Shown here: piece after piece, positions 12,776 through 22,638 of the stretch
Numbering within the stretch: position 1 is the first letter of the stretch
Layout of the letters: each line of letters begins with the position of its first letter
Origin: Synechococcus sp.
GTDB taxonomy: Bacteria > Cyanobacteriota > Cyanobacteriia > PCC-6307 > Cyanobiaceae
Direction of reading: 5' to 3'
Assembly: GCA_047285805.1 (NCBI GenBank)
Contig: JBJBCN010000003.1
Location: 640,001-704,000 of the forward strand
Length of the DNA: 64,000 nt
The notes under the pieces: model-generated
The model's input: the letters and a program-made list of their open reading frames with translations, nothing else
Databases searched by the model: none
Told to the model about the DNA's origin: nothing
Translations under genes and position numbers: made by a program

Positions 12776-13450
12776 TCATGGAGTTTTGTGTTCGGCGGGG
12801 CCGAGCCAGCGCTCCAGGAGCGGTGAGAAGACTTCCCGGATCACGGTGAGCTCTCGACCGCCGCGGAAAAAGCGGTAGTGCCGACTCCAGTAGGGGCCCG
12901 CCATGCCAAATCCGTCCTCCAGCCAGGGGGCTTGCACGCGCGCCAGGCCATCAACCTCCCGATAGAGCTCGGCGCGGTTCGCGGTGAGGCTCGTCCAGAT
13001 CGGCTGGTTGCGGGCCTGCAGGTGGCGCTCCGCTTGCTGCTGATTCCACCAGCTTTCGGCCCAGGCCAGGGTGAGGGGGCCGCAGCGCAGCCAGACCTGG
13101 CGCCGCAGCAAGGGGGGCTCGAGCTCCTCCACCTCCTGGGGTGCTTCGCTAGCCACCTGTTGATCGGCCTGCATCGCGATCACTTCCACCTGAACGGGCT
13201 GCCCGGTGAGTGATTGCAGGTGCCGGGTGGGACTGCCATCCCCCAGCAGCAGCAGGCGCCAGGGGCCCCTGAGTTCCGGGCTACCGCTGCTGGCGTCGCC
13301 GCAGAGACCGGCGGCCACCGCCTCAGGTGCGGCTTGCCAGAGGGGCTGGGGCGAGGGCCAGAGCTCGGTGGCTTGATGCGGGCTGCTCAGGATCTTGGCG
13401 TCAAAGACAAGATCCGATGCTGACGCGCCGCCGCATCCCATTGCGTTCAA
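12776..13450 (-). CDS. Chorismate lyase-like protein (DUF98/Ycf21, UbiC fold); true start probably near 13390
   Basis: LLLGDGSPTRHL, RRQVWL, AWAESWW and IREVFSP motifs. Confidence 0.85.
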   Translation of the reverse strand: MNAMGCGGASASDLVFDAKILSSPHQATELWPSPQPLWQAAPEAVAAGLCGDASSGSPELRGPWRLLLLGDGSPTRHLQSLTGQPVQVEVIAMQADQQVASEAPQEVEELEPPLLRRQVWLRCGPLTLAWAESWWNQQQAERHLQARNQPIWTSLTANRAELYREVDGLARVQAPWLEDGFGMAGPYWSRHYRFFRGGRELTVIREVFSPLLERWLGPAEHKTP

Positions 13451-14049
13451 TCACGACCCCATCGCCTGGATGGCCACCAGCCGCCAACCGCTGCTGCCGA
13501 TTTGTTCCCTGACGAGGGCGTTGCTGGAGCTGGCGCCCTGCTGAAAGATGGCCGACCCCCGTTGGCCCGGGATTTGGACCACGCCGACCAATTCGGGCAG
13601 TGCGGGCTGCGGCTTGCCAGCCGTGCTCTCCAGGGTGGCTGGAACCGCGGGAAGCGGCGGGAGCTGGGCGATCCAGGCTTCCTCCACGGGCGGTGGCGGC
13701 AGTGACGCTCTGGGCTGAGGTTGCGCAGGTCGCTCAGCAAACGGGCATTGCTGTCCAGCCGCAGTTGGCGTTGGGCCGTGCTCCAGCCCTGCCAGAGCCC
13801 CACGCTGACGCCGAGGGAGCAGAGGATCACCGCGACGACGACCCATTGCTTGGTGCGTAGGCGCTCGGCGATCGAAGTTGCGGTTGCATCGCTCGCCTGG
13901 CTTGGCGTTGCTTCGCGGACGTCGACTTCTATCGTCTCCTGCAGTTCATGTGCCGGGACGCTGTCGGGATGGCAGACCCGATCCATCACCTGCTTTGCTT
14001 TGAGCTCCCACTAGGACCGCGAGCTGGTGGTTGAGCGGAGAGGGCTCAC
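13401..14049 (-). pseudogene. Disrupted membrane-anchored PilP/GspC-like (type IV pilus/secretion accessory) gene
   Basis: GTG14049 frame has an in-frame TAG at 14011-14013 (RS*WELKA). A frameshift near 13705-13720 leads into LPPPP...LVGVVQ..GSAIF...IGSSGWRL. A second frameshift near 13465 leads into GDGVVIERNGMRRRVSIG. Confidence 0.65.
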
Positions 14050-14073
14050 ACGGGGCAGCGCTGTAGCTGAACC

Positions 14074-15996
14074 CTATCGGCTTTGCGGGCTGCTGACGAG
14101 GGTGCTGTTGCGGCGACTCTCCAACTCCAGCCACAGCATCAGGGCCGTCACGTCGGCATGGCTGACCCCCGGAATCCGCGAGGCCTGACCAAGGTTGCTG
14201 GGTTGAATAGCGCTGAGTTTTTCGCGGGCCTCCCGCGAGAGGGTGCCGATGCGCTCGTAATCGATTCCCTCGGGGATGCGCCGCTCGGCTTGTTTTTTCA
14301 GTTGATCGATTTGCTGCTGCTGCCGGGCCAGGTAGCCGCTGTATTTGATGTCGATCTCTGCCCCTTCGCGGACGTCGAGGGGCAGCTCGGCTTTGGCGAG
14401 GCCATGGCGCACCAGGTCTCCGCTGTGGAATCCCGGACGCCGCAGAAGGTCGGCCAAGGTGATCGATCCCTTGATGGCCGCCTTGGTTTCCTCGGCCACT
14501 GCTGGCGCCACAGAGTCACTAACCTTCAGGCGGACGCTCTCGAGCCGTTGTTTTTCGGTCTCGATCGCTTCCTGTTTGCGCTCGTAGATCCCCCAGCGAC
14601 GGTTGTCGATCAAGCCCAGCTCGCGCCCGAGGGGCGTCAGTCTGCGGTCGGCGTTGTCACCGCGCAGCACCAGTCGGTACTCACTGCGACTTGTTAGCAC
14701 CCGGTAAGGCTCTCGCAGATCCTGGGTGATCAGGTCATCGATCATCGTGCCGATGTAGCTCCCCTCCCGTGGGAAGTTGACCGGCTCCTGCTGCCGTAGC
14801 TGACGCACGGCATTGAGGCCCGCAACGAGCCCTTGGGCTGCCGCTTCTTCGTAGCCGGTGGTGCCGTTGAGTTGGCCGGCGCTGAAGAGGCCTTTTACCC
14901 GTTTGGTCTCCAGTGAGGGCTTGAGCTGGGTGGCGGGCAGGTAGTCGTAATCCACGGCGTAGGCCGGGCGCAGCATCACGCACTGTTCCAGGCCTGGCAG
15001 GGTGCGCAGCAGCTCCAGTTGCAGCCGCTCCGGCAGTCCCGTGGAGAAGCCCTGGACGTAGATCTCTGGGGTGTCTCGGCCCTCGGGCTCCAAGAAGATC
15101 TGGTGGCTGTCTTTGTCGGCAAAGCGCACGATCTTGTCTTCGATCGAGGGGCAGTAGCGGGGTCCTTTGCTATCGATGACCCCGCCGTAGATCGGGGTGA
15201 GGTGCAGGTTGTCTTGGATCAGCTGGTGGGTAGCCGCGGTTGTGCGGGTGATGTGGCAGCTCATCTGCTCACCACTGACCCAGCTGGCTGGATCAAAGGA
15301 GAAGTAGCGATCGGCGGCGTCGCTGGGTTGCTCCTCCAGTTGATCGAGGGCGATGCTGCGGCGATCCACCCGGGCCGGGGTGCCGGTCTTCAGGCGGTCG
15401 GTCTGGAAGCCCAGCTCCTGCAGGGCCTCGGTCAGGCCTTCCGCGGCCTGCTCACCGGCGCGGCCGGCTGACATGGATTGATGGCCCACCCAGATCTGCC
15501 CGCCCAGGAAGGTGCCGGCGGTCAGGATCACGGTTCCAGCGCTATAGGTGCTGCCGAAGTAGGTCCTCACGCCCTGGATGGCGGCGTCCTCGACCACGAG
15601 TCCGGTCACCATCGCCTCGCGCAGGGCCAGGTTTGGTGTGTGCTGCAGCAGCCGCAGCATCTGAAGGGAGTACTGGCGTTTGTCGGTTTGGGCGCGTAGG
15701 GCCCAGACCGCGGGGCCGCGGCTGGCGTTGAGGACCCGTTTCTGCAGGGCCGTGGCATCGGCTAGCCGACCGATCACGCCACCGAGGGCATCCACCTCGT
15801 GGACCAGCTGGCTCTTGGCCGGACCGCCCACAGCCGGATTGCACGGCTGCCAGGCGATCCGGTCGAGATTGAGGGAGAAGAGTGCGGTGCTGCAGCCCAG
15901 ACGCGCAGCAGTGATGGCCGCTTCGCAGCCGGCATGACCGCCGCCGACGACGATCACGTCGAAGTGCTCGATCGGGGCGAAGTCAGCGGAAGCCAT
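14074..15996 (-). CDS. mnmG: tRNA uridine 5-carboxymethylaminomethyl modification enzyme MnmG/GidA
   Basis: [28 protein letters not shown] and [12 protein letters not shown] motifs. Confidence 0.98.
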   Translation of the reverse strand: MASADFAPIEHFDVIVVGGGHAGCEAAITAARLGCSTALFSLNLDRIAWQPCNPAVGGPAKSQLVHEVDALGGVIGRLADATALQKRVLNASRGPAVWALRAQTDKRQYSLQMLRLLQHTPNLALREAMVTGLVVEDAAIQGVRTYFGSTYSAGTVILTAGTFLGGQIWVGHQSMSAGRAGEQAAEGLTEALQELGFQTDRLKTGTPARVDRRSIALDQLEEQPSDAADRYFSFDPASWVSGEQMSCHITRTTAATHQLIQDNLHLTPIYGGVIDSKGPRYCPSIEDKIVRFADKDSHQIFLEPEGRDTPEIYVQGFSTGLPERLQLELLRTLPGLEQCVMLRPAYAVDYDYLPATQLKPSLETKRVKGLFSAGQLNGTTGYEEAAAQGLVAGLNAVRQLRQQEPVNFPREGSYIGTMIDDLITQDLREPYRVLTSRSEYRLVLRGDNADRRLTPLGRELGLIDNRRWGIYERKQEAIETEKQRLESVRLKVSDSVAPAVAEETKAAIKGSITLADLLRRPGFHSGDLVRHGLAKAELPLDVREGAEIDIKYSGYLARQQQQIDQLKKQAERRIPEGIDYERIGTLSREAREKLSAIQPSNLGQASRIPGVSHADVTALMLWLELESRRNSTLVSSPQSR

Positions 15997-16005
15997 GGGT
16001 TGACG

Positions 16006-17421
16006 CTACGGCGCCGCCAGATTGCGGAAGCGGGTGTACTGCGGCTCAAACAGCAGCTTGACCGTTCCCACCGGCCCGTTCCGGTGCTTGGTCACGATGA
16101 TCTCGGTGATGCCCCGGTCGGGAGTGTCCGGGTTGTAGTACTCGTCCCGGTAGATCATCAGCACCAGGTCGGCGTCCTGCTCGATCGAGCCCGATTCCCG
16201 CAGGTCACTCAGCATTGGCCTTTTGTTGGTTCGGGCTTCCACGCCCCGGCTCAGCTGGGAGAGGGCGATGACCGGCACGTTCAGTTCACGGGCCATCTGT
16301 TTGAGGCCACGAGTGATGCGGGAAAGCTCCTGGACGCGGTTGTCCGAGCCGCCGCCTTCCATGAGCTGCAGGTAGTCGATGATCACGACCCCGAGCTCTT
16401 TGCCGCTTTCGGCCATCAGCCGCCGGCAGAGGGAGCGCATCTCCAGCACCCCCACGTTGGGTTTGTCATCGATGTAGATCGGCATCTGCCCGAGGGTGCT
16501 GATGCCTTGGCCCAGCAGCGGCCACTCCTCGGGTTGCAGCCGGCCTGTCCTCAGCCGGCCGCTCTCGATGCCCACCTCCATGGCCAACAGGCGGTACGTC
16601 AGCTGCTCTTTGCTCATCTCCAAGGAGAAGACGCAGACCGGGAGGTTGTGGAGCTGGGCGACGTTCTTGGCCAGGTTCATCGTGATGGCGGTCTTCCCCA
16701 TGGCGGGGCGTCCGGCCACGATGATCAGGTCGCTGCGCTGCAGCCCCTGGGTCATGGCATCGAGGTCGTAGAAGTTGACCGGGATGCCGGCCACGGCCGT
16801 TCCCAAGGAGCGGCTCTCGATCTCGTTAAAGGTGGCCGTGAGGATTTCAGCCGTGGGGGTCAGACCCGCGCTGGGTTTCTCTTGGCTGATGGCAAAGATC
16901 TTCTGCTCGGCCTCATCGAGCACCTGCTCCATGGGCTTGCCTTGATCAAAGCCCAGCTGGATTACCTCGTTGCCGGAGCGGATCAGCTGACGGCGCAGAA
17001 ACTTGTCCATCACCAGGCGCGCCACCTGGTCGATCGAGGCCGTGGAGAGGGTGCGCTCTACCAGCTCCACCAGCCGGCTGCTGCCGCCAACCTTCTCGAG
17101 GGCGCCGGTGTCCGCCAACCAGGCGGTCATCGCCGTTAGGTCGGTGGGTTTGCCCTGGCTGTTGAGCATCAGGGCCGTGCGATAGATCTCCCTGTGGGCG
17201 GAGAGATAGAAGGCCTCCGGTTGTAGAACATCAGCCACGCGCCCGATTGCATCCGGGTCCAGCAGGATTCCGCCCAGGACCGCTTCTTCGGCTTCCAGGT
17301 TCTGGGGCGGCACCCCATCAGGCATTGCCTCGAAACGCTCGTCCTCCCGTGGCCGGCCCCGGGGCGCCCCGCGGCCGCCGCCCTCCTCGGCGTCGCTTTG
17401 GCTTAGGGGAACGCTCACCAT
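16006..17421 (-). CDS. dnaB: Replicative DNA helicase
   Basis: PPQNLEAEEAVLG, AGRPAMGKT, IDYLQLM and DLRESGSIEQDAD motifs; no intein. Confidence 0.98.
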   Translation of the reverse strand: MVSVPLSQSDAEEGGGRGAPRGRPREDERFEAMPDGVPPQNLEAEEAVLGGILLDPDAIGRVADVLQPEAFYLSAHREIYRTALMLNSQGKPTDLTAMTAWLADTGALEKVGGSSRLVELVERTLSTASIDQVARLVMDKFLRRQLIRSGNEVIQLGFDQGKPMEQVLDEAEQKIFAISQEKPSAGLTPTAEILTATFNEIESRSLGTAVAGIPVNFYDLDAMTQGLQRSDLIIVAGRPAMGKTAITMNLAKNVAQLHNLPVCVFSLEMSKEQLTYRLLAMEVGIESGRLRTGRLQPEEWPLLGQGISTLGQMPIYIDDKPNVGVLEMRSLCRRLMAESGKELGVVIIDYLQLMEGGGSDNRVQELSRITRGLKQMARELNVPVIALSQLSRGVEARTNKRPMLSDLRESGSIEQDADLVLMIYRDEYYNPDTPDRGITEIIVTKHRNGPVGTVKLLFEPQYTRFRNLAAP

Positions 17422-17443
17422 TGCTTTGGGAGGGGTTTCAAAG

Positions 17444-17476
17444 AAAAAGCCGTCAGTCCCGTTGGGGCCTGACGGC
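17444..17476 (-). terminator. Intrinsic terminator after rplI
   Basis: On the minus strand, GCCGTCAG...CTGACGGC stem followed by a T-run. Confidence 0.6.
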
Positions 17477-17536
17477 GAAGGGGGCGCTCATTGTGGCGGG
17501 AACCTTGAGGTTCGCCTAGACCACGCTGAACGGTTC

Positions 17537-17995
17537 TTAGTGGCTGACGACTTCGAGGTTGATCTCAGCGGTGACTGCGCTGTGGAGCTTGACCTTCACC
17601 TTGTAGGTGCCGGTGCGGTGGATTTCGGGGACGACGATGTCGCGGCGATCCACTTCCTTCTTGGTGGCGGCCTCGATGGCCTCAGCCACGTCGGCGTTAG
17701 TCACGGTTCCGAAGAGCACGTCGTCGCCACCGGTCTGCTTCTTGACGGTAAAGCGGCCGATGGTGTCGAGGGCAGTGCGGAAGTCCAGGGCTTCCTGCTT
17801 GAGGGCGGCCTGACGCTCGGCTTCCTTGGCGCGACGGTGCTCCACCTGCTTCAGGACCGCGGGGGTCAGGGCAACAGCCTTGCCTTGGGGGAGGAGGAAG
17901 TTGCGGGCATAACCGGGGGCAACTTCCACCAGGTCACCGTTCTTGCCCAGGCTCAGGACGTCCTCGCTGAGGACTATGGATACACGCTTAGCCAT
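17537..17995 (-). CDS. rplI: 50S ribosomal protein L9
   Basis: [21 protein letters not shown] motif. Confidence 0.98.
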   Translation of the reverse strand: MAKRVSIVLSEDVLSLGKNGDLVEVAPGYARNFLLPQGKAVALTPAVLKQVEHRRAKEAERQAALKQEALDFRTALDTIGRFTVKKQTGGDDVLFGTVTNADVAEAIEAATKKEVDRRDIVVPEIHRTGTYKVKVKLHSAVTAEINLEVVSH

Positions 17996-18033
17996 GGGGT
18001 TGCAGTCGAACGATCAGCGAATTTGGCGATTGA

Positions 18034-18936
18034 TCAGACTACGCCACCACTCGCGGCCTGTGCTAGCAGCGGCGCGGGCAGCCGCACCTGGGTTGCCATT
18101 CCCAGCCGTTGCAGCAGCTGGATGTGCATCCAGGTGAGGTCCGGTTCCCGCCAGCCCCAGCCGTGGCGAGCGGAGTGAGGATAGGCGTGGTGGGTGTTGT
18201 GCCAGCCCTCGCCAAAGGTCAGGGCGGCCACCCAGGGGTTGTTGCGGGAGCCGTCGCCACTGCTGTGGCGGATGTAGCCCCAACGGTGGGTGGCGGAATT
18301 CACCAGCCAGGTGCAGTGGTAGACGAGCACCAGGCGCAGGGGAATACCCCAGAGCACCAGTGCCCAGCCGCCGGCGTTGGTGACGCTGCCAATCCAGAAG
18401 AGCATTCCTGCCAGGGGGATCTGCAGCATCAGGAACCAGCGGTTCAGCCAGCGGTAGTAGGGGTCTTTGGCTAGGTCCCCGGTAAAGTGCGGGACCGCCC
18501 GCTCAGCCGGGATGTCGCGGAACATCCAGCCCATATGGCTCCACCAGAAGCCGCGATGGCTGTTGTGGTGATCTGAATCCGTATCCGAAAACTTGTGGTG
18601 GTGGCGGTGCAGGCCGACCCAGTCAATGGGGCCGTGCTGGCAGCTCAGAGCTCCGCAGGTGGAGAAGAAGCGCTCCAGCCATTTCGGAAGCCGCAGGGCC
18701 CGGTGGGAGAGCACCCGGTGGTAGCCGATGGTGACCCCCAGGCAGGCCGTGACCCAATAGAGGATCAGCAGGGTTGCGGTGGATTCCCAGCTCCAGAACG
18801 CCGGAAGGAGGGCGATTAGCGCCAGGCCATGCAGGGCGCCCATGAAGCTGATCACTCCCCAGTTGCGCGGAAGTTTGGTGATTGGCGTTTGGGCGTGGTT
18901 CGCCCAAGCGCTGCTGCGGCTGATGGTGGTGGTCAT
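18034..18936 (-). CDS. desC: Delta-9-type acyl-lipid desaturase
   Basis: Three His boxes: HRVLSH, HRHHH, HNTHH. Confidence 0.9.
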   Translation of the reverse strand: MTTTISRSSAWANHAQTPITKLPRNWGVISFMGALHGLALIALLPAFWSWESTATLLILYWVTACLGVTIGYHRVLSHRALRLPKWLERFFSTCGALSCQHGPIDWVGLHRHHHKFSDTDSDHHNSHRGFWWSHMGWMFRDIPAERAVPHFTGDLAKDPYYRWLNRWFLMLQIPLAGMLFWIGSVTNAGGWALVLWGIPLRLVLVYHCTWLVNSATHRWGYIRHSSGDGSRNNPWVAALTFGEGWHNTHHAYPHSARHGWGWREPDLTWMHIQLLQRLGMATQVRLPAPLLAQAASGGVV

Positions 18937-19000
18937 ACCCCCCCTCCCGATACGGACGAGATGTTCTCGCTAAAATGGTAGCAGTACGGATTCGTAACGA

Positions 19001-19786
19001 GTGAATTATCGGGACGAACTCGAAGCGGGTCGTGATGCCTTCGGGCATCTGATCAAGGTCTGGCACGAGCGGAACGGTTGGAGTCAGAGGGTTTTGCCGG
19101 CCTTGGCGGAGCGCCTGGAGCTAGGCCGGGTCCATAACTCCCAGCTCTCCAACCTGCGCAATCGCAAGTTGGCCTCCCCTGGGCCGGAGCTGTTTGTGGC
19201 GCTGGGTCGTATCAATGAGCTGTTGGCGGCACAGGGGTCTGCGGGGCTCTCTGCTGAGCTCGAGCAGCAGGTCAGCGATCAGCCCGAGTTGCTTGCCGCC
19301 CTTCAGGCTTCGTCCCTGGCGCTGCTGAGTGATTCCGGTGAAGCGTTGGGCCCGGCGCAGCTCTTCGAGATCTTTGTCGGCCTGCGTCAGCCGCCGGGGG
19401 CCTTTGACCTGCGCATCGACGCGGTGGAAGCCGCAGGCCTGAGCGCCGCCTTGGCGGAACTGCTGACCGCGGGGCGTCCCTGGCGTGTTTGCCGGGAGCA
19501 ATTAATCGCGGCTTATCCTGCCGAGAAGCGGCAGCGGAGGGAGCGCTTCGCTGAGGTCATGGCCGGTCAGCGGGAGTACAGCGCTGAGGAGCTCGACGCG
19601 GAGTTGGCTGATCTGCGCCGGACCCTGGCGGTGCTCGGCGCGGCGGATGAGCAGGAGCTCAGCGCCGACCAATTTCTGGAGCTGTTGCGCCAAAAAGCCC
19701 GACTGCTGGAGCAGCCGGGCCAAGGGGACGGGGAGTCCGATCTGGCGGAGGCGATCCGCCGTCAGTTGCAGGCTTACCCGCTATAG
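19001..19786 (+). CDS. XRE-like helix-turn-helix protein
   Basis: N-terminal GWSQ..LAERL...NSQLSNLRN HTH pattern; lies between two desaturases. Confidence 0.7.
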   Translation: MNYRDELEAGRDAFGHLIKVWHERNGWSQRVLPALAERLELGRVHNSQLSNLRNRKLASPGPELFVALGRINELLAAQGSAGLSAELEQQVSDQPELLAALQASSLALLSDSGEALGPAQLFEIFVGLRQPPGAFDLRIDAVEAAGLSAALAELLTAGRPWRVCREQLIAAYPAEKRQRRERFAEVMAGQREYSAEELDAELADLRRTLAVLGAADEQELSADQFLELLRQKARLLEQPGQGDGESDLAEAIRRQLQAYPL

Positions 19787-20739
19787 CGGGCTTCGCGAAC
19801 TCGCTTCGCCCAGCCCAGCTTGCGCAGCAGCTTGATGTGCTGCCAGGTGATGTCGAACTCGAACCAGCGCAGGCCGTGGCGGGCACTGGAGGGGTGGGCA
19901 TGGTGGTTGTTATGCCAGCCCTCGCCGAAGCTCAGAATCGCCACCCACCAGCAGTTGCGGGACAGGTCAGGGCAGTCGAAGTTGCGATAGCCGAAGGCGT
20001 GGGTGGCGGAGTTCACCAGCCAGGTCACGTGATACACGAGCACCAAGCGCAATGGGATGGCCCAGAGCACCAAGCCCAAGCCGCCGCCATGGACTTGCGC
20101 GGCGTTGCCGTACCAGTAGAGGGCAGCGCCCAGGGGGATTTGCAGCAGCAGGAACCAGCGGTCCAGCCAGCGGTAGAGAGGGTCCTGGAGCATGTCGCCC
20201 GTGAAGCGATGGATCTCCTTCAGCGCGGGGATCTCATGGAGCATCCAATCGCTATGGGCCCACCAAAGACCGCGGGCGGCGTCGTGGTGGTCGTTGGGCT
20301 GGTCGGAGAACTTGTGGTGGTGACGGTGCAGGCCGACCCACTCGATCGGACCGCTCTGGCAGGCCAGCGTGCCCATTACCACGAGGACGCGCTCTACCCA
20401 CTTGGGTGCGACAAAACTGCGGTGGGCCACCAGACGGTGGAGGCCCAGGGTTACGCCGATCACGGTTGTCCAGTAAAGGACTGCGAGCACGGCAACCCCT
20501 TGCCAGCTCCAGTACTGGGGCAGCAGCGCAAAGACCGCACCGATGTGGATCGCCAGCATGAAGCCGGTGGTCCCGGATTTGTATTTCCTCTGACTACGGG
20601 GAAGTTGAGCGCGGGGCACCACCAAAGCGGCGCGCATCCGCGCCTCCTGGGCCGCGGTGTACCCATTGGATCCGCCGGCTTGGTCCGCCCCGTCGCGTTG
20701 GGAGGCTGCCGCCGCAGCGGTGTCGTGGGCTAGGACCAA
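19774..20739 (-). CDS. desC: Delta-9-type acyl-lipid desaturase (paralog)
   Basis: His boxes HRLVAH, HRHHH, HNNHH. TTG start after GGAG is assumed. Confidence 0.9.
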   Translation of the reverse strand: MVLAHDTAAAAASQRDGADQAGGSNGYTAAQEARMRAALVVPRAQLPRSQRKYKSGTTGFMLAIHIGAVFALLPQYWSWQGVAVLAVLYWTTVIGVTLGLHRLVAHRSFVAPKWVERVLVVMGTLACQSGPIEWVGLHRHHHKFSDQPNDHHDAARGLWWAHSDWMLHEIPALKEIHRFTGDMLQDPLYRWLDRWFLLLQIPLGAALYWYGNAAQVHGGGLGLVLWAIPLRLVLVYHVTWLVNSATHAFGYRNFDCPDLSRNCWWVAILSFGEGWHNNHHAHPSSARHGLRWFEFDITWQHIKLLRKLGWAKRVREARYSG

Positions 20740-20922
20740 AGTGAACTCCTGAAGGGGGCGCAGGCGTCGGGTCGCTGGGTTGCTCCAACGGGGGAGCCTG
20801 CGCACCAATGGCCTGGGATGTCGGTCTGCAGCCCGGGGCTGTGGTCAAGACATCTAACTGAAAAATCTAGACGGCTGGGCCATCGTCACGCGGGAGCAGC
20901 ATGAGTTCACCCGTGCATCGAC

Positions 20923-22221
20923 ATGACCTCCCCCCACCAGGCCTGGGCTGCTGATCAATTGGCGCTCGCCCTCGCGCGTATGGCGCCGGTGGCTGAGCAG
21001 CGGCGGGTGGGCATCAAGCCCCGGTTGCAGCGGGTTCTCGATGCCTTTGCATCGGAACGCCTTGGGGTGCACCATTTTGCCTCCGTCAGTGGCTATGGCC
21101 ATGGGGACCTGGGACGGGAGGTGCTTGATCGGGTCTTTGCTCGGGTTCTGCAGGCCGAGGCCGCGGCGGTGCGCCTGCAATTCGTGAGCGGTACCCACGC
21201 CATCGCCGCTGCCCTCTATGGCGTGCTGCGCCCAGGCGATCGGCTGTTGGCCCTCACCGGTCGGCCCTACGACACCTTGGAAGAGGTCATCGGCATCCGG
21301 GGTGAGGGCCAGGGGTCCTTGGCGGAATTTGGGGTCGCTTATGAAGAGCTGGACCTCCTGCCGGATGGCAGCGTCGATGAGGAGGGGATCGCGGAGGCCT
21401 TGGCGCAGCCCACCCGCATGGTGCTGATCCAGCGCAGTTGCGGCTACAGCTGGCGCCCTTCCCTGACCGTGGCCCAGATCGGCCGGCTGGTGGAGCGGGT
21501 CAAGCTGATTCAGCCAGGTTGTTTGGTCTTCGTCGACAACTGTTACGGCGAGTTGGTGGAGCTGCAGGAGCCCACTGCCGTCGGGGCGGACCTGATGGCG
21601 GGCTCCTTGATCAAGAATCTCGGCGGAACGATTGCCCCCACCGGTGGCTATGTCGCCGGTCGCGAGGAGCTGGTGGAGCAGGCCTGCTGCCGGTTGACCG
21701 CGCCGGGGATCGGTAGTGAAGGGGGCACGGGCTTTGACCTCCATCGCCTCCTCTTCCAAGGACTGTTTTTGGCGCCGCAGATGGTGACAGAGGCCCTGCT
21801 CTGCGCGGAGCTCACCGCGGCGGTGTTCGATGGCTTGGGCTACGCGGTTAAGCCCCTGGTTGGCGGCGTTCGCAGTGACGTAATCCAGGCGGTGCGCCTG
21901 GAGTCTCCCGAGCCGCTGAAGGCGGTCTGCCGTGCTTTCCAAACTTGCTCACCCGTGGGGTCCTATCTCGATCCGATCCCGGCGCCGATGCCGGGTTACG
22001 CCAGTGAGTTGGTGATGGCCGGTGGCACTTTTATCGACGGCAGCACCAGCGAGTTCTCCGCCGATGGCCCCCTTCGGGAGCCCTATGTCCTGTACGCCCA
22101 GGGCGGCACAACCCAGGCCCACGCTGAGCTCGCCTTGGAGCGGGCCCTATTTGCCTTGGCTGAATCCCATTACAAGGGTGGCCCTGGGAACAACCGCACC
22201 CCCGCAAATTCGACAGACTGA
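20923..22221 (+). CDS. Methionine gamma-lyase family / aluminium-resistance (YnbB-like) PLP enzyme
   Basis: FVSGTHAI, FVDNCYGE and GSLIKNLGG motifs. Confidence 0.9.
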   Translation: MTSPHQAWAADQLALALARMAPVAEQRRVGIKPRLQRVLDAFASERLGVHHFASVSGYGHGDLGREVLDRVFARVLQAEAAAVRLQFVSGTHAIAAALYGVLRPGDRLLALTGRPYDTLEEVIGIRGEGQGSLAEFGVAYEELDLLPDGSVDEEGIAEALAQPTRMVLIQRSCGYSWRPSLTVAQIGRLVERVKLIQPGCLVFVDNCYGELVELQEPTAVGADLMAGSLIKNLGGTIAPTGGYVAGREELVEQACCRLTAPGIGSEGGTGFDLHRLLFQGLFLAPQMVTEALLCAELTAAVFDGLGYAVKPLVGGVRSDVIQAVRLESPEPLKAVCRAFQTCSPVGSYLDPIPAPMPGYASELVMAGGTFIDGSTSEFSADGPLREPYVLYAQGGTTQAHAELALERALFALAESHYKGGPGNNRTPANSTD

Positions 22222-22248
22222 GCACCACCTTTTGCTGCGGCGCGGCCC

Positions 22249-22638
22249 ATGGGTCTGCACTATCCCGATGACTGCCGCTACTCGGACAGTCACGAGTACG
22301 TGAAGTCCGAAGGAGAGCTGGTGCGCGTTGGCATCAGCGCCTTTGCGGTCGATCAGCTCGGCGACATCGTCTTCGTAGAGTTGCCCGAGGTGGGCGACAG
22401 CCTGACCCAGGGCTTCAGCTTCGGTTCGGTCGAGTCGGTGAAGGCGGTCGAGGACATGCTTTCCCCTATCGACGGGACGGTGGAGGCCCGCAACGAAGCG
22501 GTCCTGGCGAGCCCGGAGGAGCTCCAGAACGACCCCTACGGCGAGGGTTGGTTGCTGTTGGTCCGACCGTCGGCTCCCGCCCAGGTTGATGGCCTGATGG
22601 ATTCAGCCAGCTACGGCGCCAAGGTCGAAGGCCACTGA
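22249..22638 (+). CDS. gcvH: Glycine cleavage system H protein
   Basis: SVESVKA lipoyl-Lys motif and DPYGEGW. Confidence 0.97.
   Translation: MGLHYPDDCRYSDSHEYVKSEGELVRVGISAFAVDQLGDIVFVELPEVGDSLTQGFSFGSVESVKAVEDMLSPIDGTVEARNEAVLASPEELQNDPYGEGWLLLVRPSAPAQVDGLMDSASYGAKVEGH

Noticed and set aside
15799..17139. Long antisense ORFs opposite dnaB and other core genes
   Set aside because: Shadow ORFs expected from high-GC codon bias.
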